Shown here in pieces: positions 37,968 through 52,006 of a DNA stretch of 64,000 nucleotides. Below the pieces are notes generated by a model, which searched no databases, was not told the DNA's origin, and saw only the letters and a program-made list of their open reading frames with translations. How positions within the stretch are numbered: the first letter of the stretch is position 1; each line of letters starts with the position of its first letter. Source of the DNA: Octopus bimaculoides (taxonomy: Eukaryota); assembly GCF_001194135.2 (NCBI RefSeq), contig NC_068981.1:160480654-160544653 (forward strand), in the 5' to 3' direction. The position numbers and the translations under genes were made by a program.

Positions 37968-39433
37968 TTAAAGCATCCCCTTCAAGTATATCACTGTCTT
38001 GACTGAATTATTTCAATTAAAGTGATATAGGAATCTTTGACAAATGTTAACTTTTTAAATAATGTATTTGGCACATAACATTTGCTTATTATTTATTATT
38101 CAGATTACTAATTATGTTTATTAAAATTGAACCACATTAGATTTCTGTTTTATCGAAACTATTTAATGGTGAGATGGGGGGACAAGTTTTTGTTCAGAAT
38201 TTTGGTTATAATCAGTCTCTCATGTCAAAAGGTTTTACATAAGATCAGTGATTGGTAAATAGGAGGATTTGCATTTTGTGTTTCGTAGAACACTAACTTT
38301 GGTAATATTTTCAAAAAACATTAAGCCAGCAGCATACATTATCAGAGGCAGACTCCTCTAATATCAGCTGCAATTTTTTTTTGCTTCATTTTTATTTACT
38401 GTCATAAAGGATATTGAAATGATACCATTAGTCTAATAAGCTAATAAAAAAAGACACACTCTCTCATAATATAACTAATATAAATACAACTTGTTTGATT
38501 ATTCTGTTTATTGAACATAAAATAAATTAGTTTAAATACTAATTTTATTTGCTTTCTTTTTTTAAAAAAAAAGTTCTGCATTTTGTGAGTTGTAAATAAA
38601 ATATAATGAAGTTTATCCTGATTTAAATATCAATGTAATGTGTCATTATATCAAAATATATTTCCTACAGTTTTAATTTAAAACAAGGAAAATAACATAA
38701 GCTTTGAAGTAGAGATCGAATTTTTGTAATCTTTCACATAAATTCCTATGATGTTTGTTCTTGAAAGATTGCTTCTTCACACCTTTTTTTTATTTTTATT
38801 TATTTATTTTTTTTTTTGTTAGAATAATATAATTAACATATTTGTACATTGATTTCTAAATTCTAGATCAATAATTTTATTTTTATCAATTTGAAGTTAA
38901 ATCTCAAAACAGGAATAAGTTGAATATAATTGACAGTATATTTAGTATTAGTGAACAGAGAAACTAGCTAAAGCATAAGTATTAATATATCTTAATCTCA
39001 GGGCAGAAAGTCTCAACTTCCTGTAGCCCCAACCATCTCCATGTTTTGCAAAAAATAAATAAATAAAAACAGATAATTTTAATCAACCAGAAGCTAATTC
39101 AGTGGAGTGATTTATTATCCATATCTTTCTATACTATCCCATTCTCCCCGACACCTTCTTTTATAGAACTTACTAAAGATCACAAGAAACTATGTAACAA
39201 AAAAATATTGGACTTTAGTGCATCATCAGACATGTTTCTGCTTACTGAAGGCAATCTACCTGCAAAAGTTTTTTTTTGTTTTGTTTTTGTTTTTGAAAAT
39301 GGATTTAAAATATAAGTATTGTACTTGTTTAAATATTTTATTGCTAAGTAAAATTACGACCTCCTCCCCCACTAAACACCTGGTGCATCCTTGTGAGCTC
39401 ACAATACTTATACTATGCCACTATTGTCTAGGT

Positions 39434-39620
39434 TAGTGCTCTGCAACCGGTATGCTGCAGTACTCTTGGTGTACCGCGAAACGATGCTAGGTGTGCCTCA
39501 GTATAACCTGAATATAATTTTTTTTTCCCTATACTTTGTTATATTTTTAGTTCAGGTGTGCCACCGAATTTTTAAAAGAATATAAGTGTACTGCAAGAGA
39601 AAAACGTTTGTGGAGCACTG
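39434..39620. mobile_element. hAT-Charlie-type MITE (187 bp)
   Basis: Termini tagtgctctgcaa and tttgtggagcactg; exact 8-bp TSD GTCTAGGT at 39426-39433 and 39621-39628. Confidence 0.85.
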
Positions 39621-42260
39621 GTCTAGGTTAAGAACCACTACTTCAAATAATAGGACATATTTTGGTCTAACTCTAAGTTCAAATCCTGCTGAGTGGTCAG
39701 ATTTGCTTTTCTTTCTTCTGGGGCCAATAAAATAAAATACCAGTCAAGTACACATTTGAATTCAATTGATAAAACTCACACCCAAACTTTCTGGCCTTGT
39801 GTCAATCAGTGAAGCTCAATGAGTCTAGGTGTTTTCTGTTGGACCAACTAATATTGATTTCTTATATACAAAGCTTAATATTTATTGACAGAGATGGATT
39901 ATTTTATGACATTTCTATTTCTCTCAAAAAAACATGAACATTGTTTATTTATAGAAGTGAAATAGTTACCACCGATAATTAAAGTCAGTTTTCAAATTCA
40001 GCTCATTAGGAACTTATCTCTATAACACTTGTCTTGAATGAATAATTATTGGCCTTGATGAAAATTAATTACCATTTTCACTTCACTCATATAAGCAGTG
40101 AGAAATGAAAAACATTCTTATAACACATTTTTGTGTTAAAAAGAAGATAAATCTGATTGTTTCAAAATGAACACACACAGATGCATACATAATCTTTTAA
40201 CCATTTACTTGTTTCAGTCATTGTGGCCATGCTGGGGCACCACCTTGAGGAATTTTAGTCAAGCAAATCGACCCCAGTACTTATTTTCTTCTTAAGCCTG
40301 CTATTTATTCTATCAGTCTCTTTTGCTGATCCAGTAAGTTACAGGGACATAAGCACACCAACACCGGTTGTCAAGTAGTGCATAGGGATAAAGACATACA
40401 CACACATACATATATACAATGGTCTTCTTTCAGTTTTCCATTTATCAAAATCCATTCACATGGCTTTGGTCAGCCCAAGGCTATAGTGGAAGACACTAGG
40501 TGCCACACAGCGGGACTGAACCTGGAACCATATGGTTGGGAAGCAAACTACTTACCACTCAGCCATGCCTGCACCTATGCACGCACACACACATATAAAT
40601 AGATAGATAGATATATAAAGTTGTGGGTAATATGATGTCAAATGACATTAGATAATAGGTACACACAATGAGTGCTAAGGTCAAATTTGTGCCTAAACTC
40701 CAGTGTTAAGTGCATATAGGTATAAATATATTATAAATTGATCTGATACCTGTTGACTGCCTGTTTAGGCTTTTCATCTATTCATATCATTTATCTTTCA
40801 CTTCAGTCATTAGACTGTGGTCATGCTGGGGCACCATCTTTATGAATTTTAGTCAAACAAATTGACCCTAGTACTTATCCTATTGGCCTTTTTTGCTGAA
40901 CTGCTAAGTTACAGGGATGCAGATGCACTAAGACTGGTTGTCAAGTGGGGTGGAGTTATAAATACACACACAGACACACACACACACACATATGATAGCT
41001 TTCTTTCAGTCTCTGTCTACCAAATCAATCTGCAAGGCTTCAGGTGGCCCAAGGTACCACACAATGGGACTGAACCCAGAACCAAGTGGTTAGGAAGCAT
41101 ACTTCTTACTACACAGCCACAAATTATTTGAATTCTTTCCACAAAGAAGGAGCTAGTTTCTAATAAAGAAATGCAGAAACTATTCCAGAAACGGAATTTG
41201 GATAACTATTACAAATGAATGTTACAAGATGAAATTTAGGAAAATTTGGCATGTTTTTAGTGTTCTGCTTACAGACTGTATTGTAAATTGCCTAATAGAT
41301 GGTGACCTTCTTCACCTGAAAATCCTAGCTTTTCCAGATTGTCTCTTAAACATTTATTAACATCACCCAGCATACGAGTAATTATTTATCCATACGAAAA
41401 TGCATGATCCTGAGATTGCTGCCCATAAATATATTCCTTCTCATGGAATTTCGAGGAAATGGTCATGTGTATACCAATGTATAGTATGCATGTGTATATA
41501 TGTATGTGAGCATCTATATGTTTGTGTGTGTGTGTGTGTGTGCATACATGTGTGTATACACACGTGTTGGTTACTTTTTTTAAGAATTTAAAATTACCTT
41601 AATTCTTTTTTTCTTTCATGAAAAAAACAGTTCTGTCCTTTCTAGCATTGAGGTATCAGTTGGCCTTTTCTCTTAAAATGGGTTTGCTTTTTATCCTTCT
41701 TTTTTGACTTATTTAAAATTATAAGAACATAGTAATGTTTTTCATCCAGTACCCTGCTGACAACTATAGAAATACAGTTAATTATAAGTGGAGTGATAGA
41801 CATAGTAAAATTATAGACTAAATACTTTGAACTATTTAACTGTGTATTTTTACATTCTGTTTTCCTGGGATTGGTAAAATACATACTGCTAACATAGTGA
41901 GAATGATTCAACCCTCTTCTACTGAAGCATGGCTTTGTGTTGAATTTGGAAATCATGATTAGAATTATGTATGTGCTTGTGTATTCTTCTTTGACTGCAG
42001 CTATGCTGGAGCTCTGCCTTATAAAAAGTGAGTTTTCTGTATGCATGGGACTCGAACCCATACATATGTGTTTATTATATCAAAAGTTGACAGTCTGTTC
42101 GAACTTTCACCTTGGGGTGAGCCATGTTTGACTTCCTGACAGCTATGAACTGTGAAACTTCAAATAAATTTATCATCTTTTAAAATGATAAACATATCTA
42201 TCCACTCTGTCCAGTGTATTGAGTTCTTTATCAGACAATGTATGAACTATGTAAAATAAC

Positions 42261-42331
<71 letters not shown>

Positions 42332-42450
42332 TCTACATACATACTTTCACACACATATAGAAATATATATATATATATGCATACATAAATACATACCTTC
42401 ATATGCATATATATATATATATATATATATAGATATATATATATATAGAT

Positions 42451-42632
42451 ATTTTAATGGGGCAGGCCAGTTTATGGGATTACCCGGCGTTTACTGTCTA
42501 TAAAGGGTTTAGCTTTATGGCATATCGTTAGATCCCAACAGGTTTTGGTGTCTGATGATATGCCCTAAAACTAAACCCTTTATAGACAGGAAACCCAGAG
42601 TAATCCCATAAACCAGTCTTCCCCATTAAAAT
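42451..42632. repeat. 182-bp imperfect palindrome (foldback or MITE-like)
   Basis: Arms 42451-42540 and 42543-42632 are reverse complements, with about 15 mismatches in 89 positions (hand count) and a 2-nt loop. Confidence 0.9.
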
Positions 42633-42796
42633 GTACCCTGCTCTATATCTTAGAGTGTGCTTCTCCAGTTTTGTTTCTATGAACAAAATATATATATATA
42701 AATAGATAGATAGATAGATGTGTTTTTTTCTTGTGTATTTTTCCATCTTTTTGGATTAATTACATATATATATGTGTGTGTGTGTGTATATATATT

Positions 42797-42836
<40 letters not shown>

Positions 42837-42969
42837 TACACACGCATATATATAAACATAATCATTTTGTTATAATAAATTTACTAAGTAATCTCATTTA
42901 TTCTACAATGGAATTGATTTGTGACATATTAAAGAAATGCCTACTATGCATTTCACACACATGTTCAAA

Positions 42970-43013
<44 letters not shown>

Positions 43014-45919
43014 ACATTGAACCAATAAGGGGGCATCTAAATGTTTGGTTGAGCATCTAGATATCTCCTGACATAGACTTTTTTGCAGCGAAATCACCTT
43101 TAATTCACACTCAGTGATCTTAAATAAAATGAAATTAGGATAAAGGATCATTTGATAATGTATTCTGTTATATACCTGGAAGAAAGAAATCAATGGGATA
43201 GTCTTGACTGGAACATATTTGACCATATGTCTGCTTTGAATATTTGCTTCCCTAGGGCTAATATAAATAACCTGATGTGTGTGTGTGAACATTCACACAC
43301 TCACACACACAGACTTCCATTCATTATATAAATACATGCTCAAATGCATTTTTTTTAAAAACTAAGACAGTAAACCTCTAACTCTCTCCATTGTGAAGTA
43401 TAAGCTAGAATCAATATATATTTATTGTCATTTCTATCATCTTTTTAAATTTAAAAAAAATTTACTCGCCAAATTGAGAAATTATTACTTTTAATTGGCT
43501 TCTTTGTTCTACCATTTTGTTTTATTATTGCCATGAATTAATTCTTAGTGACCTTATTAGCAAAAATACTTATAGAAACTACATTTTCAATAGTTGCTTT
43601 CAATTATGCACTACAACAAAAACAATAATAATATTGATGATGATGATGATTTCTAAAAATAAGCAAAATCTATGAGGAAGGGCCATAGTCACTTATATTG
43701 CCCCTGTACTTATTTATTTTATTGATCATGAAAAGGCAAGTGTTAAAGTTGAAATTAATAATAATAATAATGATAATATTAATTTTTTGATGCAAAGTGA
43801 GAGAATTTGATGTTTTGTTAGCGTCATATTCTTAATTAGATGAGGTACATTCAAACATACATACATACATATAAAGTTACATATTTTAATTGCAACCATG
43901 TGTATATTTTATATACACATGTGTATATAAAGATATACATGTGTATGTGTGCATGCGTGTGTGTATATGTATAGATAAATAGATAAAATTCTTAGTAATT
44001 AATTATATATACCTACATGTTTACACATAGAACAATTTATATAGTTTCCTTAACTATACTTATTAAGCTAGTCCGTTGAGTATAATTCTGTTGTATCTTA
44101 TTCCAAAAATAATATATTAAAAAAGGGATTCTAAACTACAAAATCTATGAAGTAAAATATTTTAAAAATTTGATGCAATAACTAAGGAAATATAAATACC
44201 TGAATTAGGGTCTTGGTAAGAAAATATGCATACAATTGTGCAGCCAATTTACCGAATATGAAATCAATAAGGAGTCTGCAAAGTTGGGTAAATTGATATT
44301 GAAACAAGATGGTTGACAGTTATTGGTTATGTTTTTGCTAAAGACACTACTGCTGATGGTGTTGCTGCTGCTACTGCTGCGGTCATTGAGTGAATATAAT
44401 AATAATAATCTATGGATTTTTGTTGGAATAGGGAAGCAAACAACAACAACAACAGAAAAAATGTATTATTTGTAAGATGAATTGTTTATCTATTGAAACA
44501 TTGAATTCCTCATGTTACTTTTTGTTTATCTTCCATAGAAAAAAAAATAGATAAATAAACCCAGTAGGTTGTGAAAGATTTTGAACAATCCTATTATTGT
44601 CAAGGTGATGGACTGACTCTACAACAATGACATACTTTGAAGAATAAAAAGGAGTTAAAAATAAAAATAAAAAAGAAAACATTTGTACATCACTGTCACT
44701 AAGCCCTTTCCATACCAAATATTTGTGCTGACTCACCAGACCTTCAGTCAGTTTAACTGCAACTTCTGGAACTATCTGTCTATTGTCTTTGTCTGTGGGT
44801 TCTTTTCCTTTCACTCATTTCCTGCTCTACTTCCTCTCATTCTCCAAAAATGTAATTTTAAAGGAGAGTGTTATTAGGGATTCTGTGGATCTCTTTCTCT
44901 CTTTCTTTTCCCTTCCTGGTATTTTTTGCTATATCTTTCCAGTGACTTTTCATAGTCATTATTGTGCTGCAGCAAGTCAGATACAGTTTATCACTTTTAA
45001 CCTTCATTCCTAACTTTCAGTCACAATGACTCCATTATGAGAAATTTATTTAAGCTGATTTACCAGCTAATAAATATTGTCATGTTGCCTGTTATATCTA
45101 GGAAGGAACATTTGGAAATTATTATTCTGTTTAGAAAGTCTTGTGATTATAAACACTAAACGTTAGACTGATAAAAGGATTATGGATTTTTACACAGTGC
45201 TTGTTATTTTGAAAGCTAACTCAGTACATATGCTTTTAACCACATAATTTTTTTTTAACAATAAAATCATTTATTGTAATATATTTTATTGGTTATTTCA
45301 AATTTCATTAGTTAGTCACAGATTATCTCTCCATGAAGTTTAAATTGTTATATATTTCTAAGGCTCAATATTATAGTTATATAGTTATAGAATCTTACCT
45401 TTAGGATTGATCTATTTAATACTTAGATTTGAGATTGTATCAAGGCCATATAGGATTTTTATATATTTAAATTCAAGACGTTTTTACAATAAAGCAGCAG
45501 CCAAAATTCACATACACAAAATAAAGTGGCTAAATATAGGCTATTACTGATAACTTCATGTATATATTTTTTGTGTGTTTTTGGAATTTTTATCTAAACA
45601 TTTATCTTTCACATTAAAGGCTTTTGTAATAAGATTTTTTTTTTCTACAATACTAACATTTTTTTTTTCTTCCTGCTTACATAAAAATTTGCTTGCTGAC
45701 ATAATGTATTTACATCAGCATAGTATTAGTCAGAAACACAAAAAAAGACAAGTGCCAGTTTGAATTTACTAAACAACTTAACTTTTAATCTCATATATTT
45801 TGTTAAAAATTGTCATTGAACAAAAACTTTCACAGTAGATTGCAGCCCATAAAAATATGGAGGCAGATTGTTCATGATGTATATTGCACAACTATGTATC
45901 CATTCACCCATCTTTTCTG

Positions 45920-46760
45920 CCCACAGTCCCTGAGGGATTGTGAAGGTAGAGTCCTCAGGCACCTCCTCTACAAGGTCCTATCAGAAGCAACCTTCATTTA
46001 ACTTTCCAGCTTGATTTCCAAGTTTGACTGACTGAGACTATGGAAATTATCCAACCATCTTATCCTTGGTCTAACCCGAGGCTGCTTGCTGTTTGGCTCA
46101 GTTTGAAGAATTTGTCTTGCAATTCTTTCCTGCAACCTTCTAATTATTTGTCCATAGTACCAGAGCTATGACATCTCGATGTGGAGAGGAAGTAGCTCAA
46201 CTTGGAGAGACTCCTTGATTTTCAAGCTACACACCCTGTCAATTAACATTACTTCAGAGGTCCTTCAGAGAACACCATTTCAGTCACTTGCATTTGTGAC
46301 CATACTCTTTTAGCCATTATCCGACAGTCAAGACTATAGGTGAGGGTGGGTATGAAAACAGAATTGAAGAGAGCAAGTTTGGCTTTTTTACCAACCTCTC
46401 TCCTACTAAGGATTGAATGCTGGAGCTGGTGCATAACTGTGCTAACACCTGTAATTCTAGCATCCAGTACTAACACCTGTAACTTTAGCATCCAATTCAG
46501 CCTTCTGTTTCACATCACTTGTGAGAAAGACCCCAAGGTACTTAATCTTCTCCTTTGTCTCAGTGATGCTCCACTAATATGCAGAGTACACTGGGAAGAC
46601 CTTCTTGAGAGAACCAGTGTTTCAGTCTTCACCATGCTAATTCTAATCTTTGCCTTGCAGCACCCAGCAATGAACCCACTCAGTGCATGCTGGAGATCAC
46701 CATCTGATGAGTCAAGTAGCACCATGTTGTCTGAAAATATCAGCCAACTAATCCTAATTC
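45920..46760 (-). mobile_element. Decayed RTE-clade (Expander/Rex3-like) LINE fragment
   Basis: Minus frames give FSDNMVLLDSSDGDLQHAL (decayed FADD region), KIRISMVKTETLVLSR and KKAKLALFNSVFIPTLTY. Confidence 0.8.
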
Positions 46761-47233
46761 TACAACTATGTAGAACTAGAAATACAGAATTTTCTCCAAT
46801 AATGTCTTGTAGATTTCAGATTTGTACTTACTTGGCTAATGATTTGATCTAAGACTGTCTGTTGAAACTGAGATTGTCTTATTCATTTGTCTTGATATTG
46901 TTTTATAGAATGTCACATTGTTTTTCACTGATTACTTATAACAATAGCAAATCATATTTGTTTGTTTCTGGTTTTGTTCCTTCCTTGAAGAACTTAAGTG
47001 CTTTTCTCCTTATGTTCTATGGTCTTGTTGATTAGCCCTAGGTCAGCCCTAATTGAGTGGACATTATAATCAGAGGTTTTATAGCCTTGACCACCTACTT
47101 CTGCTTTGGGGAATAATGTATATAGGACTACATTATTCAATGTAACCTTCTTTATTTTTAAGATGGTAGGTTGAGATTTCGCTGCTATTTTTAGTGACCA
47201 TGTGGAGCTTCCTTCATTATATATGATGTTTTA

Positions 47234-47291
<58 letters not shown>

Positions 47292-47585
47292 GAAGGTGCA
47301 TGGCTTAGTGGTTAGGGTGTTGCACTCACAATCTGGCGATTATGATTTCAATTCCTAGACCAGGCGGTGCGTTGTGTTCTTATGCAAAACACTTCGTCTC
47401 ACATTGCTCTGTAATCACTTCAACACCTGATGTGTGATACACTGCACTTGTTCAGACAACATTAATTTGATGGAGAGAGTGAGCTTAATGTGTGGCATGA
47501 ACATTTGATCACTATAAACAAATCATTTGTGCAAGTCATTCAGCAAAAGCCGAACACTCATATGTCGTCTTCGGTAGGAGAGTCC
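47292..47585 (+). mobile_element. tRNA-derived CORE-like SINE
   Basis: catggcttagtggttaggg...gatttcaattcc...gttcttatgcaaaacactt. Confidence 0.7.
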
Positions 47586-47760
47586 ATTATTATTAAGGTG
47601 GAAAGCAGGCAGAATCTTTAGCACACCAGGCAAAATGCCTAACATCATTTTGCCCATCTTTATTTTGAGTTCAACTCAGCTTTCCATCCTTTTGGGGTTG
47701 ATGAAATAGGTACCAGTCTAGCATTGGGGGTCAGTGTAATTGACTATTCCCCTTCTTCTT

Positions 47761-47794
<34 letters not shown>

Positions 47795-48289
47795 GTATTA
47801 TTAGGACTGTAGATTGTCAGAATCATTAGTGCATCAGACAAAACACTTTACAATATTTCTTCCAGGTCTTTACATTCTGAGTTCAAAAGTACCTGTCGAG
47901 CACTAGGTTCAATGAAATTGAATCACCCCTCCCCTTGTGCCAAATTTTGAAGCAGTTATTATTATTATTATCATTAGTCTTATGTCCCCCTTTCATATAG
48001 GAGTGCAAGCATAATGGTGCCATTGAAGAGATTGGCATGCAGAGTGTTGTCCAGCTGTGCTTTGAGTACACTTTTAATCAAGGCAAATGTCTTCCACCTT
48101 ACTTTTGCTCTACATGAGATTTCAGAATTCATGTTTCAGTTTATATTTACTATCTGTATAAATGTAGGCGTACTCCTTTCTTTTCAATTTCATCACTTTC
48201 CACCACTGTTCGGCTTATGCTACATTTTTTGGACTGCATGTATTTTGTTTTCCTGTGGTTTATTTTGAGGCCTACTACTGAACTGTGGG

Positions 48290-48440
48290 TGTCTAGCTAT
48301 GTCAGCATGGTCTGCAGCTAATCTGTGGTTTCAGTGAAGAACATGATGTCGTCTTTGAATTTGGGATGTGTTCATAGTTTTCTGTTGATGTTGATGCCAC
48401 ATCTGGGACAATAAATTTCCAAGTACTGTCCATGCTTCAC
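48290..48440 (-). mobile_element. Short RTE RT fragment
   Basis: Minus strand reads GININ...KDDIMFFTETTD*LQTML, resembling GININGxxxNNLRFADDIVL. Confidence 0.55.
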
Positions 48441-51400
48441 AACACAATAGGAAAACAAAACAAACCCATACATGCCATGTACATAATCAAATATATACTG
48501 GCTATTGAATGATTGGGCAAATTACTAAAAAAAACTCATTCAACATTTTTACATTGGACAAAACATCTTGAGGCTGTATTCCACAATTGGGTACACCAAT
48601 ACCCCTCTTGACACCAACCCTTGTTTTCAAGTAAGGTACTTTCTCCTTTCTATTAATCTTCACATTCTATTAATGTCATAACCACCATGCTCTGGTGTAT
48701 CATTAAGAAGGACAACACTTATGGATATGGTGTTTTCTATAACACCAGTTAATTTACAAAGTTTATTGGGTCTATCTTATCATGGCACCACACTAGAGAG
48801 GCTGTTTTGTCTTCTTAACTCATACATTATGCCCACTCATTATATGACAAAAATACAAAAATGAAGAATCTCATCAACATACAAGTTTTTTTTTTCTTCT
48901 TTTTGAATGGCTTAGTCAGAGGAAGAAAAGTAATGTTCATAACCCTTATTTGCTGAAGAAACTAAAGTGACTAATGTAATTTTACAACTGCAGACATTGA
49001 AAGTTGTTAATTGTAAGCATCATGGCTTTCACTGTTATATTGGACATATTATACATAATAATACCATAACTTTTCACTGGCTGATTATGCATATGCAACC
49101 AAGAACTATTTCAACATACTTACATAAAACAAGACTTGATACAAAAGATTATCTGATAATACAACTGTCTTATTTATAATTCCTCAATAAACTAGAAGTT
49201 TACTTATGTAAATTACATAAATAAGGAAATATAATGCAAAACTTAATTTTTCTGTAGCTCATCTTAGCAACAAAATAACTGGTTCCTGGTTGCCAAAAGA
49301 AACTTGATGGTCAGTGATTAAATGCATTTTAAGTGCAGAGATAACCAATGAGAAGCAGACACAACATTGTTCTTATGATTCTTGCATACAATAAAAAGCA
49401 ATGAACCTTTTAATTCGATGCTTGCTTTGCCTCTAACTCCAAGCATTCATCAAAACTCCCAGTCTCCCCTAATCTCCATGCTCTCAGCCTTATCATCACA
49501 TGTACATTGTTGCCATATATAAAATGTTCTTTTATTGCTCCAACCCAACAAGGCAACTGGGCTTGAGAACACTCTTTCCATTACCTTGATTACTGCCCTC
49601 CACAACTAAGTCCTTTTGCTGCCAAACTCTTCGATTTCTGCTTTCCCTCTCATACAATACATAAATATATAATACATATATTTGTGTGTCTATGTGTATC
49701 TATGTACATATGTATATCATCATTCTTATGTCAACGTTTTCCACGCTAGTGTGGGTTGAACAAATTTTCTTGAGAAAGTATTCCACAACAGGATATTCTT
49801 CTTGACTCCAACTCTTACTTTTTTGCATGTATGCTACTTCAGTGCACTTGTCTTCACACATCAAAACCATCATACTTCAGACATGTTGCTAAAGTGAGAT
49901 TTAATTATCACTGTTGCTCAGGCGATGCCAGTGTGAAAACATGCAGAAACATTCATGTGTTTGCATGTGTATGCATATACATGTGTGTGTGTGTGTGTGT
50001 TTTGCTTCTATACAGTTTCCATTTACCAAATTTCATTTAGAACTTGAGGTTATGATAAAAAGACTTTTACCCAAGGTGACACACAGTGGGATTGAACCTG
50101 AAACCACATAATTGCAAAGCAAGCTTCTTATCCACACTGCCATACTTCTGTGTGTGTGTGTGTGACACACAGGCTTTGCAAGTTGCATCCTAGGCTACTC
50201 ATTGAGGAGACGTTACTCCACATAAGAGCTGATAGAGAGTAGAGGGTATTCTTTAGTCTTCATCCCATAGGACAACTTTATTGGTGTCAAAAGCATGATA
50301 GAACACATCCAGTAGACCCTGTAAAGAAGTTGATTATATGAAAGATATTCAATTATAGAAACTCTACCAAAAATGGAAGATATGCACTCTGCAAGCAATG
50401 GTAAAGTTACCCATGTTGATGGACTGTAACTTCAGTAGAGTGGGGCTATTTAGTTATCCTGAATAAGGTAGCTTCTCAAATGCTAGTGGTATGATAAAAT
50501 TTTCCCAGTTCACATTGTAAGGCATACAGAAAAATGATGTTGGGTAGTATGATTACTATGTATGCAAAATGATGCGAACTGTAACAAGTGGCTAGTCCCA
50601 TCCATCATATTCTGATATGGAAAAAATGGACTCAAGACTCAAAATGATGGTGGCAGCATCAGTGGTGATGCTGATAATGGTAATGTTCACACATACCTTT
50701 TTCTTTGAAGAAACTTACATGACTAATCTGAGAAAGAATATATTGCTTTAAAAAAGTTTTTAAATTTTCAAAGATTTTAAACTAGCACCGTATCTTATAA
50801 TGAATTAAACATTTCATATATATATACATATATATGTATATATAGGTGCAGGCATGATTGTGTAGTAAGAAATTTGCTTACCAACCATATAGTTCCAGGT
50901 TCAGTCCTACTCCAAGGCACCTTGGGCAAGTGTCTTCTACTATAGCACCAGGTCGACCAAAACCTTGTGAGTGGCTTTGATAAATGGAAACTGAAAGAAG
51001 GCCATTATATATATTTCTATGTGTCTTTATGTCTGTATCTGTCACCTACCACTGCTTAACAACCAGTGTCAGTGTGCTTACATCCCCATAACTTAGCAGT
51101 ACGGCAAAGAAGACTGATAGAATAAGTACCAGGATTTTTAAAAATTAAGTACCAAGGTCATTTCGTTCAGCTAAAATTCTTCAAGGCATTGCCCCAGCAT
51201 GGTCACAGTCTAATGACTGAAGCAGAAGATAAAAGAAGATATATATGGTATCTGGAGATAAAAAGAATGGAACAGTTGAATGATTGTGTAGATTGAAGCA
51301 GCGCAAAAGATGATTGAATAATCTGATCAATACTTTCTGTATTACATGTAGCACATCTCTGAAATGCAGACAAGCAATTGTGAGATGTTAATGAGAAGAC

Positions 51401-51964
51401 AAGTTGTAATGCAATTCTAGCTTCTAGTGATCAGAAATTGTTTGGGATTTTTCATTATTAACCATAACTACATTTTCAGAGTGCTATTATTACATAATAT
51501 ATTGGCGAGCTTTATTGATGATAGACAGACAGTCTAATAATATGAATATGTTTAGGTTAAAAGTTGAAGATGTTTTGCAATTAAATAGTAGATTAGAGTA
51601 AGATTAGAAGAATGATTGCATCACCATAGCAACGAGTATGATTGGAAGTAATATACAAGAGATCATTTGTTTAATGGGTATGGAAAGGGTCAAGGAGTTG
51701 ACATATCCTTGGGAAACATCAGTCTTGTTGTGATGGGGTTGGTGAAAGTGGTTACTTAATACATATGCTGACATGAAATTCACAATTTCTACTTTTAAAG
51801 AAATCCTAGGTGTAGGTGTGGCTGTGTGGTAAGAAGCTTGCTTCCTAACCACATGGTTTCAGGTTCGGTCTAACTGCATGTCACCTTGGACAAGTGTCTT
51901 CTCTAATCTCGGGCCAAGCAAAGCCTTGTGAGTGGATTTGGTAGATGGAAACTGAAAGAAGCCT

Positions 51965-52006
<42 letters not shown>

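Noticed and set aside
44515-44814. 99-aa minus-strand ORF with an internal GTGAGT donor
   Set aside because: No recognisable domain, no matching acceptor, and a low-complexity end.
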